From Eledone cirrhosa (taxonomy: Eukaryota): DNA of 64,000 nt. The position numbers and the translations under genes were made by a program. The stretch covers positions 232,748,001 to 232,812,000 of the forward strand of contig OZ024741.1 of assembly GCA_964016885.1 (NCBI GenBank), written 5' to 3'. Below are positions 59,050 to 64,000 of this stretch, piece by piece. The notes below the pieces were generated by a model that saw only the letters and a list, made by a program, of their open reading frames with translations, had not been told where the DNA came from and searched no databases. Every line of letters starts with the position of its first letter. Position 1 is the stretch's first letter.

Positions 59050-62000
59050 AACTAAACTTTTCTGAGGATGAAATAGAAAAAGCAAGGAGTCTTGTTAAAG
59101 GCAATAGCCATATCGTCAATCTCAAGACTCCTTTGGAAACATTACAAAATACGGGACTTCGAACTGTGACATAACGTATTATTGGATTAAAAAGTTTTTA
59201 AAAAATTGAAAGAGCTACAGAAATTCAAATTCAAAAGGCGTTGGGGCCAGTCTGGTCCCCCAAATATTATATTCAAAGAGGCAGAGGTTGCAGTAACGTT
59301 GAGGTGATATTTGACACCGAAGAAAAGGCAAAATCTCACTCCCTCAAACCCTTACACACTGATGAAATTCGGCAAATCCCATTCTACTGTGGAATGAGAT
59401 TAGTAATATTCAAATTAAACCGAATACCACAAGGAATAGATATTTCTTGGCAATTAGCTTCCGTAACGGTAAATATTAAGGAGAACACAAACATCCTTGA
59501 TGTTTACCAAATAAGGAAGGACAATTGGTCTGGGATGGCATTGTAAATGTTACTGCAAACCACACAAAAAAATGTAGATGGCATCCCTGAACAACTACAC
59601 CTTTCGGGCGGTATAATATTACCCATAAAGGTTGAAGGCCGAAAAGCTAGATGTCATATCTGCATCTCCACAAAACATCTCAGAGCAATCTGCTCTTCCC
59701 TAAAAACAAACATAATGAAATCTCCGCTCCTACCAACACCTAAACCCACAACAACTACTACTAGAATACAAACACTAAATAAAACAACACCAACATCAGT
59801 AGCAGCAGAGAGTTCACATGAAGCAGCAGCACCAGCACCGCCAAGTCCAATACAGAAAAAGCTTTCACCAACAACACCAACACCCATTGAAGACATGCCA
59901 CTCCTCGACGATACTCATAACAACAAGGGGAAAATAATGTGTTCTCCCCAAAACAAATAGAAAATAGAAAAAATTCTCCGTCTTCGTCCTCAAAAAAAAA
60001 AGGGACCGAAAGAGCAAAGAAAATCCCAAAAGCCGAAAGGCAAAAACACTCCACAAAACGACATCTTCAACACCACCACTACCACCACAAACACCCACCA
60101 CAACAGTCACCACACACATAAACAACATCTCAAGCAAAACCTAACCCACACCTGCAACAACAAAAAGATACGAACATCAGAGTGTATCACAAGCAATGCA
60201 AAACTTTTAAATTACTTAGAACACAACACCACAATCACACAAAACGATTTACAAAACCAGAAAAAAATAACATTATCCAAATACATAAAAATAATAAAAA
60301 TAACACACAAAAAATACACATTTAAAAGAAAATTCCCAGATTCGATTGGTGATTTTATGGGAACAATCTCCAAAATAATCTAAACAGACATTTCGGGATT
60401 TGAGCCCAAAAAATACCCCCGAAGGATTGAACTACTGTCTTTCCGCCCAAAAATCTAAGGTACGTGACCTTTCCGACTTTCTCCTCCTCTAAATCAATCA
60501 TGGCCTCACTCAAAATAGGCAGTGTGAATGCACGGGGCTTGTGGTTGTCTTGGAAACAGGGACACCTGCTCAATGACCTCAGGTTACTGAAAAAAGATGT
60601 GATGGCCATTAGCGAGACCAGAGTTTCCGATGTACGAATCTTCGCACCCATTTTCGGTGGCTACGAGGTGTACGCATCTCCCAGCCGTCTAGGCTCGGGA
60701 GGCAACGTTGCCGAGTTGTTCTGGAATGAAATGGATCTCACCATACGGACCATCTTCCTGGACCCGGAATGTAAATTGGTGGTGGTGGACGTGACCAGTG
60801 GCCGTCTATGTTCCAACAGGGGCAGGATGAACTGATTTCTTCCGACATCTGGAAACCTTTCTGAGATCGTCTTGCTTTTTAGTCTTTGTGGGCGACGGGA
60901 ACTGCATCTTAGATGCACGCTGGGAATATGTGAGACTAACGGATATGTGGGGGGGGGGGTAAATCCTTGCAATTCTGCTTAGACGCTTCCAACTGTCTGA
61001 TAGATGCAGACTGGATATTCCGAATGCGCCAATGTAGACATGCAAAACAGCATCATCCAGATCCTATCTAGATAGGGTATTCCGTAGGGAACTAGACATG
61101 GATAGCATAAGTTGTCCACAATTTCAAACAATTGAATGCACAGAGCACACATTTTTGACATGTGTAGTAGATCTAGCTAGGCCCCATAGGGAAGGACCCG
61201 GTTACTGGAAGCTAAACGCCTCATTCCCAACGCGCAAAAATACAGAGACTGGATTAGTGAATTAGTTAAACGATCGTTGACAGGACCAATCGTCAACAAC
61301 ATGTGGTGTTATGCCCTGAAAGGGCAATTAAAGTAGAATCAATAAGATTTAACAAAGCTGTAGCAATAGAGAACAGCAGAGTAGAGAGGGAGCTAGTAAA
61401 ACGTCTAGAAGAGGCAATTAACAGAGGCATCGCACCCGGCGTTCTTGCGTCAAGTTTGGTCCTAAACCAATTCTTCAATGCTAAGCACGAAGGCTGCGTG
61501 GTCAGAGCTAAGGCACATGCTCTTAGACATGAGGGGACGAAAGCCATTTAATTGGCCCGTGTAGCAGCGGTCCGCCGTAGCAACAAAGTCACAATTCGAT
61601 CTCTGGAACACTACGACGCGCGCATGATACTCGTTCACAAGCAAATGTGTGCTACTTTTCAGCAACACTTTGCTGGCATTTTGGAGGCGTTGGTGGGCGA
61701 ATTGCGAGATGAGCCTCACAACATATCTCGACGGCCTGCTATGGCTGTCGGTGAAAGAGGTGGAGTGTTACGTTGAGATACAGGAAGCATTAACTGACTG
61801 CACGAGAGGCAAATAATCAGGATTAGATGGTGTGCCCTATGAGCCGTATATTTTTATGCCAGACTTGTTTTGTGACCTTTTGGCAGACCTCTACTGCAGC
61901 AGCTGGCAGCAGATTAGGAGAATTCCCAGTTCTATGAGCCATGGAGTGGTGGCGCTGCTGAGAAAAGACCTGAACAAGGGAGATAATATAAATAGTTCTA

Positions 62001-63590
62001 GCCCATATTTCTAATAAATGCAGAGTTCAACATTTTTGCCAAGGTTATAGCAACGGGGTTGGTGGTTGTCGTTGGTGGTCTGGTAGGAGAGGCACAGACA
62101 TGTGCTATTCTCAAGAGATCCGCTCACGATATTCCTTATCTCCTGCGACACATCATAGAGAGGATGGCTAAAGATCCTGGCACGGGTAGAGCACTGATAA
62201 ACTTTGATAAATCGGTACCTGGCGGCGCTCTTCAAAGCAGCATGCATTGGGTCGGTTTTCAAAGGATGGATAGCTACTATGCATAGGGACATCTGCTCTG
62301 TGGTCAGAGTGAACGATCACCTCTCAGAACCGTACGGTCCAACAGGGCTGTCCCCTCTCGTCCTTGTTTTATACATTGACTCTTGAGGCAGTACTATACC
62401 AATTAGAGACAATAAGAGACATCCCGCATGAACTAGGACATGGAAGATCTGTGTCGGCTTATGTCGACGATGTCACAGTCGTAGTGTCGAACACCAAACA
62501 CATTAAAGTGATGAGCACTTCTCTGAAGTAAGTTGCTGACAGGAGCGGAAATGAACCAGGAAAAATCCATGGTGCCTAAAACCCGTTGCATGGATGGGCA
62601 AATCCATGCCATCCAACAGTGTTGTCGGACGCTGGATGGATGAGCCGGTTAAATTATTTGACATCTGGTCTGGTCCTGACTTCCAGATGGACAGATATAG
62701 GGTTGAGGTGACGAACAGAGTGGCCAATATCACCCAGAAATGGGCTGAGTGAAAGCTGTCCCTGGACGGTAGGGCAGATTTGACGAACGCATTCATCACA
62801 TCCGTCATCTACTACCGCTTGATCTCTGTGCCTTGTCCCAAACCCCGTCTGACTGCACTGGAGCGTTTGTTCTTCCAATTGTTGTGGAAAGGACGTGTTC
62901 CAATGGTCAGCTGGTCTATATGTCAACGCGTTCCAATGGTCAGCTGGTCCATATGCTGTCAATAGCCTCTGCGTGGAGGAATGGGAATGGCGTGGAAAAT
63001 GATGCGTAGATATGCGCTGCGGCTACGACATTTCTATCTCTTCCTTAACGGTGAACAGGTGTGGGGCCGTTCAGCAGATGCATGTTCCCCCAGCTCGTTC
63101 CCTTAACGGAGTTACATTCCTAGGTCAAATGGAGACCGAGGGAGACCGCTTGGTAACTGGAATGTCTCCAGGATCTTACAGCCCTTCAACAATCGGGCAA
63201 TAAGATCGGTGGAAACACCTCTTTGACGTTCTAAAGAGGGTTATAAAAACTATAGGCATGGATGACAATCAATTAGCCACTCTTTACGGAAGGACGTTCG
63301 GTCCAGAGCCCATGGATAATTTCCTGAAATCCCTTGCATGGCATTGCTACCGAGGAGATTTGCCAGTTTCAGATAATATCTAGAAACATGGAATTGCCGT
63401 CAGCCGGGCCTGTCCGAGATGCGCACAGGACAACCAAACCTTTCTGCACTCAATCGCCCAGTGTCTTAGCATTGTTGACTTGTGGGTTTATGTCGAAAAC
63501 CTGCTGTCACATTTAAGACAAATTATGTTATCAACCGAATCCATTATGAAGATTGTCGCGCCCCCTTCTTTTAATCAAGAAGGGCACGCT
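59050..63590 (+). mobile_element. Near full-length degraded Tx1/L1-like LINE (ORF1 Zn-knuckle; ORF2 APE + RT)
   Basis: ORF1 CHICISTKHLRAIC (CCHC); ORF2 MASLKIGSVNARGL, AISETR, VGDGNCILD, GPGYWKLN, SGLDGVPYE, AYVDD; many stops and frameshifts. Confidence 0.85.
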
Positions 63591-63594
63591 GTTT

Positions 63595-64000
63595 TTTATG
63601 TCTTGTGGTCGTGACGAAACTTCTCCAGCTTCCAGCGATTTTGTTTCACTGTTCAAAATGAGTGTTGTTTTCCATGTTTTCATACTGAATGACAGGAATC
63701 TCCTGACAACGGAAGATATTTTGAAAATCTCTAAACACTTTTCAATCCAGCTGTGTGGCAAACTATCGAATGTTTTTTGTAATCTATCCAAGCAATTCAT
63801 AGATTTTTGTGTCTATTATGACAATCTTCCCGTATCATTTTGTTAGTCACAAGCTTATCCTTACAGCAGTGAGCCTCGTTTACATCCTTTCTGCTCAGTG
63901 GGAAATATATCCTTTGATATCAGGTGATCATATGTATCTTCAGTTATGACATGTTAAGATTTTATACATTGTTGTCAAGCAAGGTATCGGTCTGTAATTT
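63595..64000 (-). mobile_element. Non-LTR retrotransposon RT fragment (clade uncertain)
   Basis: NYRPIPCLTTMYK, EQKGCKRGS and KTFDSLPHSWIEKCLE. Confidence 0.75.

Noticed and set aside
58694-59065. Thr-rich mucin-like ORF
   Set aside because: It starts inside a SINE and reads through a 60-bp minisatellite upstream of a LINE ORF1

Overview
Repeat-saturated, AT-rich eukaryotic window. The SINE family and the abundant (TA)n/(CA)n tracts suggest an octopod cephalopod (inference). No multi-exon host gene is evident; there is one candidate 81-bp exon. Most ORFs in the track are microsatellite read-throughs. The real coding remnants are retroelements: several Penelope-like elements (PLE; RT + GIY-YIG), a CRE-like element with a restriction-like endonuclease, and Tx1/L1-like, CR1-like and RTE-like LINE fragments, plus about a dozen tRNA-derived SINE copies. 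The main hidden signal is RNA-structural: roughly 25 intact or decayed type I hammerhead ribozyme (HHR) motifs, found by eye. The centrepiece is a near-identical 468-bp tandem array (15551-18676; about 1.9 units on the minus strand joined head-to-head to about 4.8 units on the plus strand). Each unit has an intact HHR, an octamer ATGCAAAT and a PSE-like motif, making it a candidate self-transcribing, self-cleaving retrozyme/circRNA system. An unrelated 326-bp unit (23015-23370) has the same octamer-HHR layout. Many HHR repeats sit as inverted pairs with 3' ends facing (TA)n tracts, the same geometry as the coding PLE at 24836-27875.
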